Assembly: GCA_973895155.1 (NCBI GenBank)
Contig: OZ316895.1
Coordinates: 11,825,919-11,889,918, forward strand
DNA length: 64,000 nt
Direction of reading: 5' to 3'
Source: Marsupella aquatica
Taxonomy: Eukaryota > Plantae > Marchantiophyta
Of this stretch, positions 26,027 to 38,900 are shown in pieces; position 1 is the stretch's first letter; the number at the start of each line of letters is the position of its first letter. A model generated the notes under the pieces. It did not search any database, was not told the DNA's origin, and saw nothing but the letters and a program-made list of their open reading frames with translations. The translations under genes and the position numbers were made by a program.

Positions 26027-27288
26027 AAAAAAAATAAAAAATAAAAAAATAAAAAAAATAAAAAAAAATATACACACTTTTTATATACAAAGGGACCAAA
26101 CAGAGTACAAATGAACAAACAAAAGAGGGCCCAAGTGGACAAAACCAATCGAAAAAGAAGTGAGCAAAAGGGAACCACTAAACACCAAGAAAGAGGAACT
26201 AAAAGTAAGAAATGAACAATAGGGAACCCCTAAAAACCAAGAAAGAGAGAGAGACTAAAACTAACCCAAGCGGACCGAGGTCCTCATCATTCCTACCGAT
26301 TGTGGCAAAAAGCTAATGGTCCACATCAAGAGTCAAAACTAGATCGGCAAGTGGGATTGGAACATCCTCAAGGGGAGCTAGCCGCTGCGGAGGCACACTA
26401 GCACCCACTGTAAGAGATCGACGATAGATGGCCCGAGCTTGAGCACGCTGTAAGGTGACTGAAATGCGTTGGCGAAAGTGCGTGGTCAAAATAGAAAGCG
26501 GGGGTCCGGTGGGACCCATTCGGCCATGAACATCCCGGGCAGCTTGCCGAAGAAGCCCATCAAACTGAGGATGAAGACGCCCAAATAGCTCCACAGCAAG
26601 GGGGAGGAAGCTGTCGGATGAAGCTCGTGCAGCATATTTGGCCTCCTTCGTTGTTGCCGCACGTGACGCTGTTGCCCCTGCCGTAGTTGCCGCTGTCCCA
26701 ATGATGTCTTGGCACAATGGGTTTGCCACCACAACATCTGCCAAAGTACGTTGACCCTCACGGACCATGGTAAGATCCACCCGTAACCGCTGTGATGGAG
26801 GACCAGGTAACTCGAGTACCACCTCCCGCCGCACGCATACCAAAGAGCCAGAGAGAACCTGAGCAGTCGCATCTCGCACAGCGTCGTGAACAATAATGGT
26901 TTCACCTCCCAAACTGCACCGAAGAAGATGGACACCTGTGGCATCACAAGGCTTCCCACAAGCGCAAGAAGGAGGTAAACCTGCAAGAAGTGGGTGGGGC
27001 AGCCCCAGACGAAGACGCATGGCTGTGGAGAACTCCGTTGAAGACATCCGCAAATGAGGAATGACTGGATTGGCCTGAAGCCATCCACCTGCGCCCTGCC
27101 CTCCGGAAGAAAGAATCCGAGCTCGGTCCGTGTCAGGTGCCTCGGAGAGGATGCTGGAAAGGGTGAAAGTGTGCATACGCCCAGCGAGGTCTGCCTGAAG
27201 ACGAACGGGATCCAAGGATAAAAACTCCTGGAAAGAAGGTAACGCGGCGCGAACGGGATCTGGTAATGAGGACCGCGTTGCGCGCAAA
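26027..27288 (-). mobile_element. 5'-truncated CRE-clade non-LTR retrotransposon (CCHC + restriction-like endonuclease)
   Basis: Uninterrupted 324-aa ORF 27287-26313 with CACGKPCDATGVHLLRC (CCHC), HDAVRD, RVDL, ADVVV, KEAKY and FLPLAVELFG, typical of the RLE C-terminus. RT is lost. Pyrimidine-rich 3' UTR. TCTAGAG direct repeat at 26020-26026 and 27289-27295. Confidence 0.88.
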
Positions 27289-27295
27289 TCTAGAG

Positions 27296-27850
27296 GCGTG
27301 TCACACTTTATTAGTAAGATATGTTCTGTGGGTAGGTGGGAATCTGAATAATCAAAACCAAAACCCAGAGATCTTTTGCAAAAAGTAGTGAAGACTTTTC
27401 AAGAATGTAGCAAATTTTGTCACTGCAGAAAGAATGTTTCAATGTGACTTGTTTTCCCAGCTTGCTTTGGGGTTTTTTTGAGAACCAATACCCTATCTTT
27501 GACCATTTCTTGTGGTCCGTTGTGATCTTCTGTGGAGAGGCATGGCCATATCCAGTAGGTTCTATCTTCATTGTCTTCTCTAGACAGCAAATGTGCTGTA
27601 CTATGGAGGACTCAAGCATTCCCTATTCGACGAGGTCCTAGCTTGTTGGTTGTAAGGCCTCTAGATCTTTTCCTCTATGTCATCCCCTTGACTGTGTGGT
27701 TTACTCCCTAAGCTTTACCAGATTTTTCCAACTTACTGCTGAGTAGGGTTTTGGTTTCTTTTGCCATAGTGTGCAACTTTTGGGCTTTTTGGCTCTTTGG
27801 TTTTCTTGGGATTTTCCCCTTGTTTTCTCCCTTTTATTAATGTTTTGCAC
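27296..27850 (+). mobile_element. Old degenerate CRE-family copy, interrupted by the young copy
   Basis: Plus-strand broken frames PKPRDLL, DLFSQLALGFF, YPIFDHFL, SIFIVFSRQQMCCTM and TQAFPIRR are collinear with the RLE C-terminus. A T-rich 3' UTR-like tract follows. Confidence 0.6.
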
Positions 27851-28593
27851 CACCCTCTTCACAGGGAAACCAATTGCCTTGTCTTCAACTTCATGACCTG
27901 CTAGCTCTGAGATATCACCCAGGTGTCTCAAGCTTGAATCGATGAATAATCAATTATCGAGTGAGAGTCTTGTCGCCAGCGGAACGAGACATATCTCAAG
28001 CTCATTTGGGTGACTTGAGCAAATCCAACCAACCTCCCCTTTATTCCACTGAGGTGTCAAATACTACTCACTGGCTCATTAGTCTGTTAGTTTTTGGATA
28101 GTAAAAAACAGAATACTGTAAGGAGTGTAGCGGTGGATAAAATTGACTTATAATGACTTTGGGTGATAATCTTTTGTTTCTAGCAGATGACTATGTCAAA
28201 TTGGACAGTAGGTCAAAAGTGAACTGGAATCTAAACTACGATAAAACAACACACTTATTAAATCACAAAAAAATGCAAAAAAGAGTGCCTCAAAGACAGA
28301 TTCTGGAGTTGTGTCCCTTTATTTTGTTTGGTGACCATTCTTCACAGACTATCATAATTTGAGTACGGAAAGGTGGTTCCTAAAAAATGATAAAAAGTTG
28401 CCTGTCAGCTGAAAAAACATATTTGCTGATCGCACCAATTGGCTTTTCAGCACGGCGAATGTTACACATGCACTACCCATTCGTTTGCTCTTTTGCCCTC
28501 CCCACCCAAAGCAACAAAAAAAATATTTAACTAATGCCTTATCACATGCAGAAAATATTTAGCAGGGATTTTTCCACCGCAAGTTGAACTGCG

Positions 28594-28725
28594 TACTCTA
28601 GAAGGTTTCCTCTTTAACAAAAATAAAGCACTACCACAATCATGCAATTGAAAATTGCTACTCTAGACGGTTTCCTCCTTAACAAAAATAAAGCACTACA
28701 ACAATCATGCAATTGAAAATTGCTC
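28594..28725. repeat. Tandem duplication, 2 x ~65 bp
   Basis: ctctaga.ggtttcctc.ttaacaaaaataaagcactac.acaatcatgcaattgaaaattgct occurs twice. Confidence 0.9.
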
Positions 28726-28914
28726 TAGTGGTTCACTAATGTAAAGCCTGGAGGGACTGAGGGGTGTGAAGCCCCCATGGATTTCCAAAGTTGGGATGGA
28801 TTGACACGGAACATCAAAAAATGTTCAGATAACACTCTTTACACTGAAACATGACCTACAATGGGCTCCTGGCTGTTTGTAGTTCGTTTCCATTTGTCTA
28901 CGCAATGGAAAGTT

Positions 28915-29365
28915 GTGGCTCATGCACAAACTACTCAGGGGAGTCCTTCACAAAAATGAAATTTCCTTCCCCGAAGTGGTAAGTTGGTACTCCTGCCCAA
29001 GCACTCAGGGCGTCCTTCACAAAAGTGAAACATTTGTTGGCAATATGTTTATAACATTTCATCATCTTTGTGTTCATCGGCAATGGAACAAATGATTTCA
29101 GGTAATAGATTGGATATCAGAGAACACGTTGGACAAATTTGAGCTTAAATAGAGATTTAAGTGTTGTCCAAATAATTGCACAAGTCTGCTCAAAATGAGC
29201 ATTTAAATGCTGGTCAGAACACTTGGAAAATTTAAGTGGGGCGTGCTTCTCAAAAGTGAGCGTCCTTGATAGCATCTTCCAAAGATAGCCAGACAATCTG
29301 AATTTTGGGTGTAAAGTGAACAAGCATGTGTCACAGTCCATGGGGATTAGCAAACCCTAGGTCCA
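28915..29365. mobile_element. Non-autonomous dispersed repeat, copy B (inverted relative to copy A)
   Basis: Reverse-complement similarity to 14030-14455. Confidence 0.6.
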
Positions 29366-29903
29366 TCCCTGCTTAACTTTCAGTGGAGCTCTCTGCCCAA
29401 ATGTGCTAAATAATGAATTGTCACCCATGTTGCACAAGGTGCAAATTTGTTAAGATGCCTGTCCAATGCATTCTCCAATGTTGACCCTGGTCCACTTTCT
29501 GCCTCAGGCTGATCTTGGTGGTGTTTTGGGGACTCTGAATGGTTATTGGTGCTCTGACGCTTGGTTGCAGTGTTCCTTTGAGGTTGGTCTGTTTTGTTTT
29601 TTCCCTGCTGGTGGTTGTGACATCGGTTATTTGAAATTTCTTCCGGCTCACTCTCATTATAAAAAGAAAAAGAAAAAAAAAGAGGGCTCTAGATAACAAT
29701 AACAAGACTAACTTCCATCCTTCTGTTTAGTCTATGCCAAGTGACCCCGCGAAATGTTCAGATGAAAGGGTGCCAAGAAGACATAACATATGTGATCAGG
29801 CTAATGTTTGGATGTGAGGATCACTCCACAATGTGGCAAACATAAACATCAAAATCAAAAGAAGGGTCCAGTTTCCACCCAGCTGTGCCTGATCTAATAT
29901 ACG

Positions 29904-30110
29904 GGCCTGCCTTGCAATTAACCAGGTATGCACTTATGGAGAAAGGCCTGCCTTGCAATTAACCAGAGTATGCACTTATGTAGAAAGGCCTGCCTTGCAA
30001 TTAACCAGGTATGCACTTATGGAGAAAGGCCTGACTTGCAATTAACCAGGGTATGCACTTATGGAGAAAGGCCTACCTTGCAATTAACCAGGTTATGCAC
30101 TTATGGAGAG
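29904..30110. repeat. Minisatellite, 5 x 41-42 bp
   Basis: ggcctgccttgcaattaaccag(n)gtatgcacttatggagaaa repeated five times. Confidence 0.95.
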
Positions 30111-31352
30111 TTCACTGTAGCTCATCTACCACAAGCGATTTGAAGGTCTCTCTCTCTCTCTAGGGCTCTTCTGCATTGAATTGAACGGAAGTGAGAGTTT
30201 GCACCCATTGTTCCTCACGAGATCAGCTGCTGCTAATTTTACGCTGTAACAGCTCTAATCGTCGAAGAATTCAGCGCAGAAGGACTCGCACGCAGACTGT
30301 TCGCTATCAGTCATCTATCAGGCATGTATGATACCCTCTCTCTTGCTCTCGCTGTCTGTTTTATGATGTGGGCATGGTTTCTCTTCCTTCCTCCTGTAAT
30401 GAAACGGAACCCCGTTCTCCCCGTCATGGGTCCTCAGTGGATAGTGTACTTACGTACCAATTGGTTCGATTTCAGCACGGGATTTGACCTAAACTCACTC
30501 AACGATTCTCTTTTGTGGCAACTGGACCTCGAATTGTTCATTCAAAGAGAGTCACACGGAACTGAATGTGCTCGAATTATGATACTTTTTGATCATCCTG
30601 ATACTCCCTTCTTAGAGAGGCTTTCTCAGGTTCAAGTCGAGAAGTGATTCTCAAGCCGTTAAAAACTGGTAAACCTGGCAAATCTGATTTTGTATGCTGG
30701 GTTTGTTTGAAGGCTTGCCCTAAATGTGTAAGCCATAATCGTTTTAAGTTTCAGCATACAATGCCGAATGGACCATTCATCCTTACGCCGATGCATTGAC
30801 GGAGTCGGACAAACCATGACTGTTACGCTACTTTACCTCATAAATTATGAATTCTTCAATGAGGAGCTCCACACATTGTCCGAAATGTATGGCCGAGCTT
30901 CTGTATGAAATGGCAGCCTGGGGGGAGGCGTTAGGAGGACATTTTAGGATCTGATGAAGTTTGTGACGGGTCCGTAGGTGTGTTAAACTATGAGTCAGGA
31001 AGAGTGTAATGTAAGCGTCCTTTTTCGTACTTCCACCTGTTGCGGATGGGCTCTAACGCCATGTGAGGTGTTGCAGGTGCAGCTTGTTTGGTCGTATGCA
31101 AGTAAGGGGGAATCAAGTAGCAAAATGTGCACCAGCCTCAGAGAACTTGTTAAGAAATAGAGAAGGACACTGAGGTTATGGGTAAATTGGATTGACCAAG
31201 GTTTCTAAGCCTGCAAGCCACAGAGAATCCCAGTTAGCAGTTAGTATGTTCTCTTTTTCGCCATGAACGAAGAAGAAGTGTTCAAGGCTTCCTTTTAAAG
31301 TTGCTTTCACCAAACTTTCTCGAAGGTTTCTCGGTGATCTGATAAAAGAAAT

Positions 31353-32702
31353 ATGGAAGACATAGTTGAAGAAGAGTTGCTTGCTCTCGAGTCTATCTTC
31401 TATGACAGCTACAGTAAGATCAGTGACAACAAATTTCGGTTGCGGATTGATCCTGCTGGGGAAGACGGAGACGAATCGAACCTACCTCCGCCTTTATACA
31501 TAGACATTGAGTTGCCTCCAGGATACCCCACGGAGAAGCTTCCGGAATTTAATCTTAGTAACATAAACAACAGCAAATATCCTGACTATGTCAAAAAGGC
31601 CATGGTGGAAGGTCTTTTAGAGCAGGTGCTTCTCTTCATACTTAAACCTCAATCCGTTGAGCTTTTGCACTAACATTAACAAATACTTGTACAAATCTTA
31701 TGTTCTTGATCGCACCTTCTTCTTTCACAACAGGAATAAGAACTTCATGTGATCGCAAGCTGTATCTGCGTTTGCACAATTTCTTCCGAATCATGCCAGG
31801 CTACTTGTGAAAACACGTCTCACGGTTCTGTTGTTCTATAGGGTGCAGAGCAATTAGGGGAGAACATGTGCTATGCTCTCGTTGAATGGCTAAAGGAGAA
31901 ACTACCTGAGTTCTATGCCATGAAGCCGGCTGTCGTGCAGGTTCCATACTCCTCCATCTTGCCATGTGGTCATTATCAATCTCCAGTCTGAATCTGTTGA
32001 AGGCATTTGTTTTGATTGCCAAAACTTTTACTTAGTGTTCCTTTGTTGTTCTTAGTGACTGGCGGTCAATCTTATATCGCGAAGAGTTGGGTGGGTCTCA
32101 TGCAGTAAGTCTGACAGAAGCTTCTTCACCGTCATTGTTTTGCTGTAGGAGAAAGAAGAAGTGCAAGATTCGGGGACAGTCAATGCAAAGATCCATGCAG
32201 CTAAAGATCCAAAGGCTAAGAACGAGCTGACGAAGGCACAAAAGCGTCGATTTTATGATAAATTTGGTGCCAATACTGAGAAACCACGAGGATGGGATTG
32301 GGTTCAAATTATCTCTCATGTAAGTCTGAGAAGTTTTTTTGGTGTATGTAGAATTCTTTCTGATAGACTGACTTTAAAATCTGTCCGTAGTGTAGTTATG
32401 GACTTGGATGTTGATTGTTTTCTCACCAGGTGGAATTATGATAGTGAAACGAGGCATTGGCCAATCTATTGGGATTCAAAGTTCAAAATCTATCTTGTGT
32501 TTACGTTCCTCGCACAATTGTTTTTAGAGAAGATATTCCTCTAGCTATGGACTGGAGAATTGTGGCGTTATACATTTGCTTGAGTACAATATCGTAATGA
32601 GTTAAGTGTCCTACTTGGAAATTGCTGGTGCCCATAACCCTAAACTAATAATCTGATTTTGTTCTTCTACAGCTCAGCCAAGTGCCTCAACACAATGTAT
32701 GA
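31353..32702 (+). CDS. RWD-domain protein (RWDD4-like), 4 coding exons, ~190 aa
   Basis: Exons 31353-31625, 31842-31940, 32149-32319 and 32673-32702. Motifs EEELLALESIF, LPPGYP (YPxxxP-like) and C-terminal PRGWDWVQIISHLS. Confidence 0.9.
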
Positions 32703-33600
32703 GGCTGATGGTTATGACTATCAATTTCTCTATACAGAACATCGACAGCCTTTCATTATGTACAGTTGAATGAGATTTTGCAGTTATCGGAACGGAGTCG
32801 TTGGATGCTTTGCGATAAGTGGTAGCTCTCATATCTTTTGGCACTTCTTGGTGTGTTCTCGGATGAAGTATGATGTTGTGCAACTTATGCCTGGAATGAG
32901 TTACCTGAAACATACTTATCATGAGCTTTCTCTATCGTATTCTAGAAAGTGTGATTTCAGATAACATGTCTAAATGTGGTTGGGCGATGCATGACGCTTC
33001 ATGAATAGAAGCCAGCCCACAATGGATGGTCTCCTGTCTGCGATATTTTAAGGATTCCTGTAGATCGTATAATAGACATTTGGACATTTTGTGCTTGGTG
33101 ACATTACTTGACTGGGGAGCTGTTCTTCTTGAAATGTGGTATGAGATGCATGGAAAAGATCACACTAAGGACCATGCCTGCCACAGACAGAGATGTAGTC
33201 CAATTCGGTAGATTTTGCTAGCCTGTTTGAGGCCGACCACATATGTTGGCCACGTCACTGGCAAGAGCCTTAGCTCAGGCAAAAGAAGTCAGAATTACTC
33301 TGCGCAAGTGTAGGACCAGAAACTCCCTGACAAATTATGGTAGTATAGGCCAATGTCTGTGCCTTGCATGAAAGATGTGGAGAAGAGAAAAGATGTCGAG
33401 GACAAGAAAGATATCTAGGTGAGCAAAAAATGTAAAGGTGATAACAAAACTTAAAGAGATAAAGTTGAGGTGATGGCCCCCAAGTGCTTTGCAGGGTCAA
33501 GGTGTGGTTGCACAACACTATTGGGAGGGGAACGTTTACAATTTTTCTCCCCCCTTTTTTCATATTTCTTCACTCCCCGTGCCACTCCATTCCTCCCACC

Positions 33601-33866
33601 ATTTCTTACCTTGGCATCATTAAATAAACCAAAAAATGCACATTAAAAAGTAGTGAAAAGCAAATTTAATCTATTTTTCTTCCTTCTCTCATTTCTTACC
33701 TTGGCACCATTAAATAAACCAAATGCACAATTAAAAAAGAGTGAAAAGAAATTTTAATCTATTTTCCTTCCTTCTCCCATTTCTTACCTTGGCACCATTA
33801 AATAAACCAAAATAATGCCCAATTAAAAAGGAGTGAAACACAAATTTAAGGCATTTTTCTTCCTTC
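33601..33866. repeat. Minisatellite, 3 x ~89 bp
   Basis: atttcttaccttggca.cattaaataaacc...tcttccttct repeated three times. Confidence 0.9.
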
Positions 33867-34199
33867 TAGAGTCTCCTACCTAGCCTCTATGCAAAAATCC
33901 AAAAAGTTTTTCATGCCCCAAAAGATTCTCCTTCCTACATGTGTTCTTTCATACTTGAAGAAAAAGACACATTAGAGGTGATATCATCTCATATACTCTG
34001 TATTTTACTATTAAAATGAGAATATCATTTGATATACCTGGCCAATCAATCAAAGAGCTCAAAAAAATCTTTAAAACAATCTGACCACCCAGGTTTGTTC
34101 CCTTCCTGGATTTGTAAGCGGGACAAAAGAGCTTTTTTGCAGCATTACATATTATAGAAGTAGATCAAACATGTAGTGACAAGGCTAGTTGAAATTTTT

Positions 34200-34350
34200 G
34201 AAGCTGCTATATGGTGAATGCACATTTCAAATTTTGTCTTATTCAGATTTTTGTGTCATGTATTTTTATTTCAATCTGCTTTATCAAAGGGCAGCCTTTG
34301 TATTTTATACATTTTTAATTAATATTTAGACCCCTTTAGTTTTAGGTATT
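34200..34350. repeat. AT-rich dispersed repeat
   Basis: Reverse-complement similarity to ~46470-46615; a partial copy lies at ~45190-45220. Confidence 0.55.
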
Positions 34351-35928
34351 CTAGAGTGTTTTGAACTTATTTTGGCAGCCCCCTTTCACAATATGGGTTT
34401 TCTTAGAGATGAAACCAAAGGCTCCACCACCACGAGTGAGAGAAATGATGCAAAAGAACATGAATGCATAGTCTTTTAAGTTCTCCTCATGTTTTTCTTT
34501 CCTAGGTTTATAGTTTTTATTGAAAGGAGTGTCATTCATAAGGCACCCTGAGTTAAGTGCACACATCGTAGCACACATCGTAGCATTGTTTGACTGTACC
34601 TTTTCTTGGTCACTGTGCTTTTCTTGATAGACACTTTACTTATAAACAGCACTTCTATGCTCTCATATTTTATTTACTTTCAGATCATTACAAGACAAAA
34701 AATAAAGCATGTTCCAGGATGAACATGCTATATTGCGAAAAGAAGTTTCAGTTTCAGTGTAGCGATGGTCTAAGAAGGTCGAAAATGAGAAAAGCAAGGG
34801 TCCCATGACAAAATTATATAAATGAACTCCACTTTCAGGATTTACATATGGAGGTCAAGTTATTCCAGTTGAATCTCAACAGTCGATATCATATGTAATG
34901 TGGTCGCAACACTTCACAAAATATTCCTTGTATCAAATTGAACCCATTCTTTTTTAAGCCAGTAGAGGTAAGGAAGCATTGGGGAACTTAGACCAGTAAG
35001 ACTTGTGTTATTTCCAAAACACTCAAATGGTTCAGGAGTTTTCTGATGTGGATGATGTTTGAGTCTCTTTGGTTTACCGTGGCCATGCGAACTCTGAAAA
35101 ACTCTCCTCCTGTAGCCCTGAGATCAGACAAGGTAAATCCCGTAAGGTATGGCATTTTGACATTTGTTTCTTCGAAATATTAAGACATGCATTTCCAAGC
35201 TCCAATTCATTGCAGGAGATTCGGTATTTCTATAAACAGGTTTGTAACCACCTAGAACACTTCAGATATGCTATACATGGTTCAATATGTAGTCCAGGGA
35301 CCAGGAAGAAAATGATTAATTTTAGCACTGAACCTTATTCCTCCCAACCGATAGATGAATCAATGTAAAGCAACAAAGAAAGTCATGGAAGCACTGGTCC
35401 CGGAACTGGTAACCAGTCAGGAATCAATCCTCCCAGCCTAAAAACAGTTAAGGCCATTGAGGTGGCATTATAGCCTCCCCGCTTAAAATCAAAACCTTCC
35501 AGGTCCGATGTTCCCAGAGCAGGCATGCTAAAAGGTGCCATACTAACATGGCTTACAGGAGAGCCTGATCTGAAAACATTCAGGCTTGAAACTGTGGATC
35601 CCAAATCAGGATGAGCTCGCTCTGAAGCCTCAAATTGGCTCAAATGGAGGTGCCAATTGGCTCAAATGGAGGTGCCAATTCATAAACTTCCAACTTTACT
35701 TTGCAATTCATAAACTTCCAAATCACTAACCCGACATTTCCTAACAAGCCCTTTCCTAGGTTGCACGTAGCTATTGTATATGAGACCGTGCAATAGCAAC
35801 ACTAGCCTTGAGAAACAGCCAACCAACACCATGAGCTCCCGTAGAAATACTAAAGTTTCCCATTTTTTGCAGCTTGAGTTGATAATGGAAACAAAAAACA
35901 TTTCCCTCAAAATATATCGTAATAGAAC

Positions 35929-38900
35929 TTATCCACAACATCGTCTGGCGCTGGCAGCTTCAATGTCTCCCTGAGTAGGAAGAGTATATAAAGGACTAGG
36001 ACCATCACTTGGTGTACAACAGAAAGTCTGAACATTGCTGGTACAGCCTTTGCTGAATGGGTTTATGCCGTCTGGTATATTCCTGTACAACAGAAATTAT
36101 AATATTTCCATGTAACTGACACTTTACAAGTGCATATCCATCACAGAGATAAAACATGCGACACATTTCAAGAGACCTTTTAGCCCTTATGCAGCATATT
36201 AAATTCCGTAACAGGAAGAAAAGCCAAAAGAAGAGCCAGTAGAAGATACTGATGAAAAGAACCAAAGCAAAACCTGTTCATCAAAAATTACCTTTGAGAA
36301 TCTTGGACCGAGAAATATTCTGCGTTCTGCCTAGAAAGCAGAATTCACACTACCAGCAAGCATATCCTCTTCAGACATCAGAAAACAAATCAAGAATTGC
36401 TTTACCTGAGATAAGGAATACGCCTTCGTCGTGTCTTCTCATATGTGGTCTGATTGGTGATTGCCAAGTAGCTACAACAGTCCCACTGATGGTCAGACAG
36501 CTGCCACAACTAATTGTGCAAGCATGCAAATCCTACTATGCGAATTTTGTAACCAAGCTAGCACATTACTGAAGGCACGAAATACGCGATATATCAGAAA
36601 CCCTACAGAGATGAAACGGAAGGTTATCGAGAACGTCACTGACTCAGTACAATAACCTCCCAGAGGACACCTGCAAGTACATATGGTCCCTATCCGCTTA
36701 CACAACAGCTGCCAACTGAGCTTTTCTTTCCTTACCTATGAAAAATGAGCAATGTAACAAGGAAAGCCAGGCATGCTATGAGCCCGAGAAGGATGCCTAT
36801 GACTATTGTGCCGTGCAACAACCTGCCAACCAAAACAGTTGACCCTTCAGTTACTTAAAACAACCCACAGGTTCATGCTTGAGTGAGCTTCGCGTCTTAT
36901 TCAAACCTTGAACACAAGCTGGTCTTGAACTCGACCCACTTTCAAAAATGCAGCAAAGAAAACACGAGCACAAGCTGATTGAACTCAACAAGCTCTCCGA
37001 AATGGACCACAGAGGTCTGCAACAACTACTGCACAAATTGCCAACCCACCAATTCTCTGTGCCATCGGAATTCATGGCTGAACCATAGATGATTGCAGTC
37101 CAGAGAACAAGTAGTGTCTCAAAGAAAATGTACCACCTGCAGGTCATTTCCGTTGCACTAGAGTCACCAACTCCATTTATGAATATTTTTCTCTGAAGTA
37201 CAACGCAGGACAATTCGACTGAAATGTAATGCATGAATCTGCTATTATTTATTTACACTTTGGGTAGTGGAAAGTATTGCAACTCGTTATTGAGGTTCAG
37301 ATTTCATGTCGGCCGAAAGAGACTGATAGCTCATGGTGTGCTTTTGAAGACCAGACTAATGCAAGTGATTTTGTCACTGACAGAGTCACCACTGTTCAGA
37401 AGTAAGCAAGATGACATGATGATTGTGCACTGTTTCCCCAAGTAGATCATCCAGGCTTATGTGCATTCAAGACGGAATTTCAGGGAGTTTGCTATGAATT
37501 AAAATAGAATAGAAGGAGTCCCTGGCACCGAATACAATAAACAGAGCCCAGACCAAGTATCCACAAAAGTCCAATCCCATTATGGCATCTACCCAAATTC
37601 GTAGAGTGAATTTCAAAGTGACCAAAAAACTATGGCTTTAGTCTTGAAGTTAGACTGATCCATAAAAAGATGAATGAACATTACAAACCAGAACTTGCGG
37701 TGGTTGCTCTGCCCTACGCATGTCCCCAACCAAACACAATGATGATCAAAGCGCAACACACATTTGTTGCAATCGTGGCAGTGCTTAGTCCGGATTGGCT
37801 GCAGCCCAGTAGATAGCAATCATTAAATGGTCACTAGCAATTAATAATTTCAAAAGAGATTGAAAGAAAACAAGGCCTGCACCGTCAGTGTGAATAATGT
37901 ACAAATGGTAACTTGACCTACTTAAGAAAGGCAGAGGCAAAACGTATGGATGCTAACCTACGACCAATTTAATTCTAACGAAGTTGATTCCATCAATCGT
38001 GACGTGCTCATAAACATCCATCATTTCATTACATCTCACCTGTACCACATTACAATAAGGGCATCTCCCTGGCGCACTGGTGCTGAAAAGTAATCCAATA
38101 GTTGAATAATCAGAGAACAAGGCACAAGATCGGTCACCCCAGAAGCCATAAAAAAATCAAGGGCTCGGCCCATCGCTAGAAAATAACTTGCGTAATATCG
38201 GGTTTAAAAACTACTACTGACAGGATGGAGGTTCGTATGACTTCAGTTTCCATGCACAGATATAGAGCACGCCATAGTTTCACATCTTCCCATAGCAGCA
38301 CATTTCAAGGCCAGCAAGACTATGTTGAACCTATTAGAGTAGGTGTCTTCAAGCAGAATCCAAGGGAAATGACTTCAAGCGCAACTTCTGCTAGTCAGGA
38401 CAAGCACATAGGAAACGTACGTAACCCACCTAGATTCGATTGGAAAGCTTGGTTGGCTATAAAATACTTGATCATTGCAGAAGCTGACTCGTGAAGAAGA
38501 CTTCCCCTCGGGATCACCAACCGATGAGGGTGCCAGTAAAGGGGTGGTGTCTGATACAGATATCCTGACGCTTTGCCCATTACGATCACCGTCTGCAGCT
38601 CCACCACTTGTTACAGGGCGAATTCCAGACTGTCCCCAACCTATTGCTGGTGTACTGCTGCATTTCACAAGAACCAGAGAGCCCAGGTTCAAAGAAGAAG
38701 ATTGTTCATGTCCAAGATATGTGATGGTAAGATTCCGAGGAAGATATGTGATGGTAAGACTGCAGTTGTAGACGAACTTCAGAAGGGTGGATTGTAATGA
38801 AATGCGAAGCACCTTACCTGACAGTACTCCTTTCTAATGTAGCCTTGGCCTTTTCTTCAAAGTCTGGGTCCTCTTGCATAGCGTCAAGTAGATAACTGTA

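Noticed and set aside
26486-27088. 200-aa overlapping ORF in the retrotransposon
   Set aside because: Alternative frame of a GC-rich coding region with no motifs.
14030-29365. Inverted repeats as TIRs of one 15-kb Pack element
   Set aside because: The copies are quite diverged, each seems to have its own end motif, and no TSD was found. Two independent insertions are simpler.
35383-35643. 86-aa ORF downstream of the DHHC stop
   Set aside because: Non-ATG start within a short tandem duplication in a probable 3' UTR; no family recognised.
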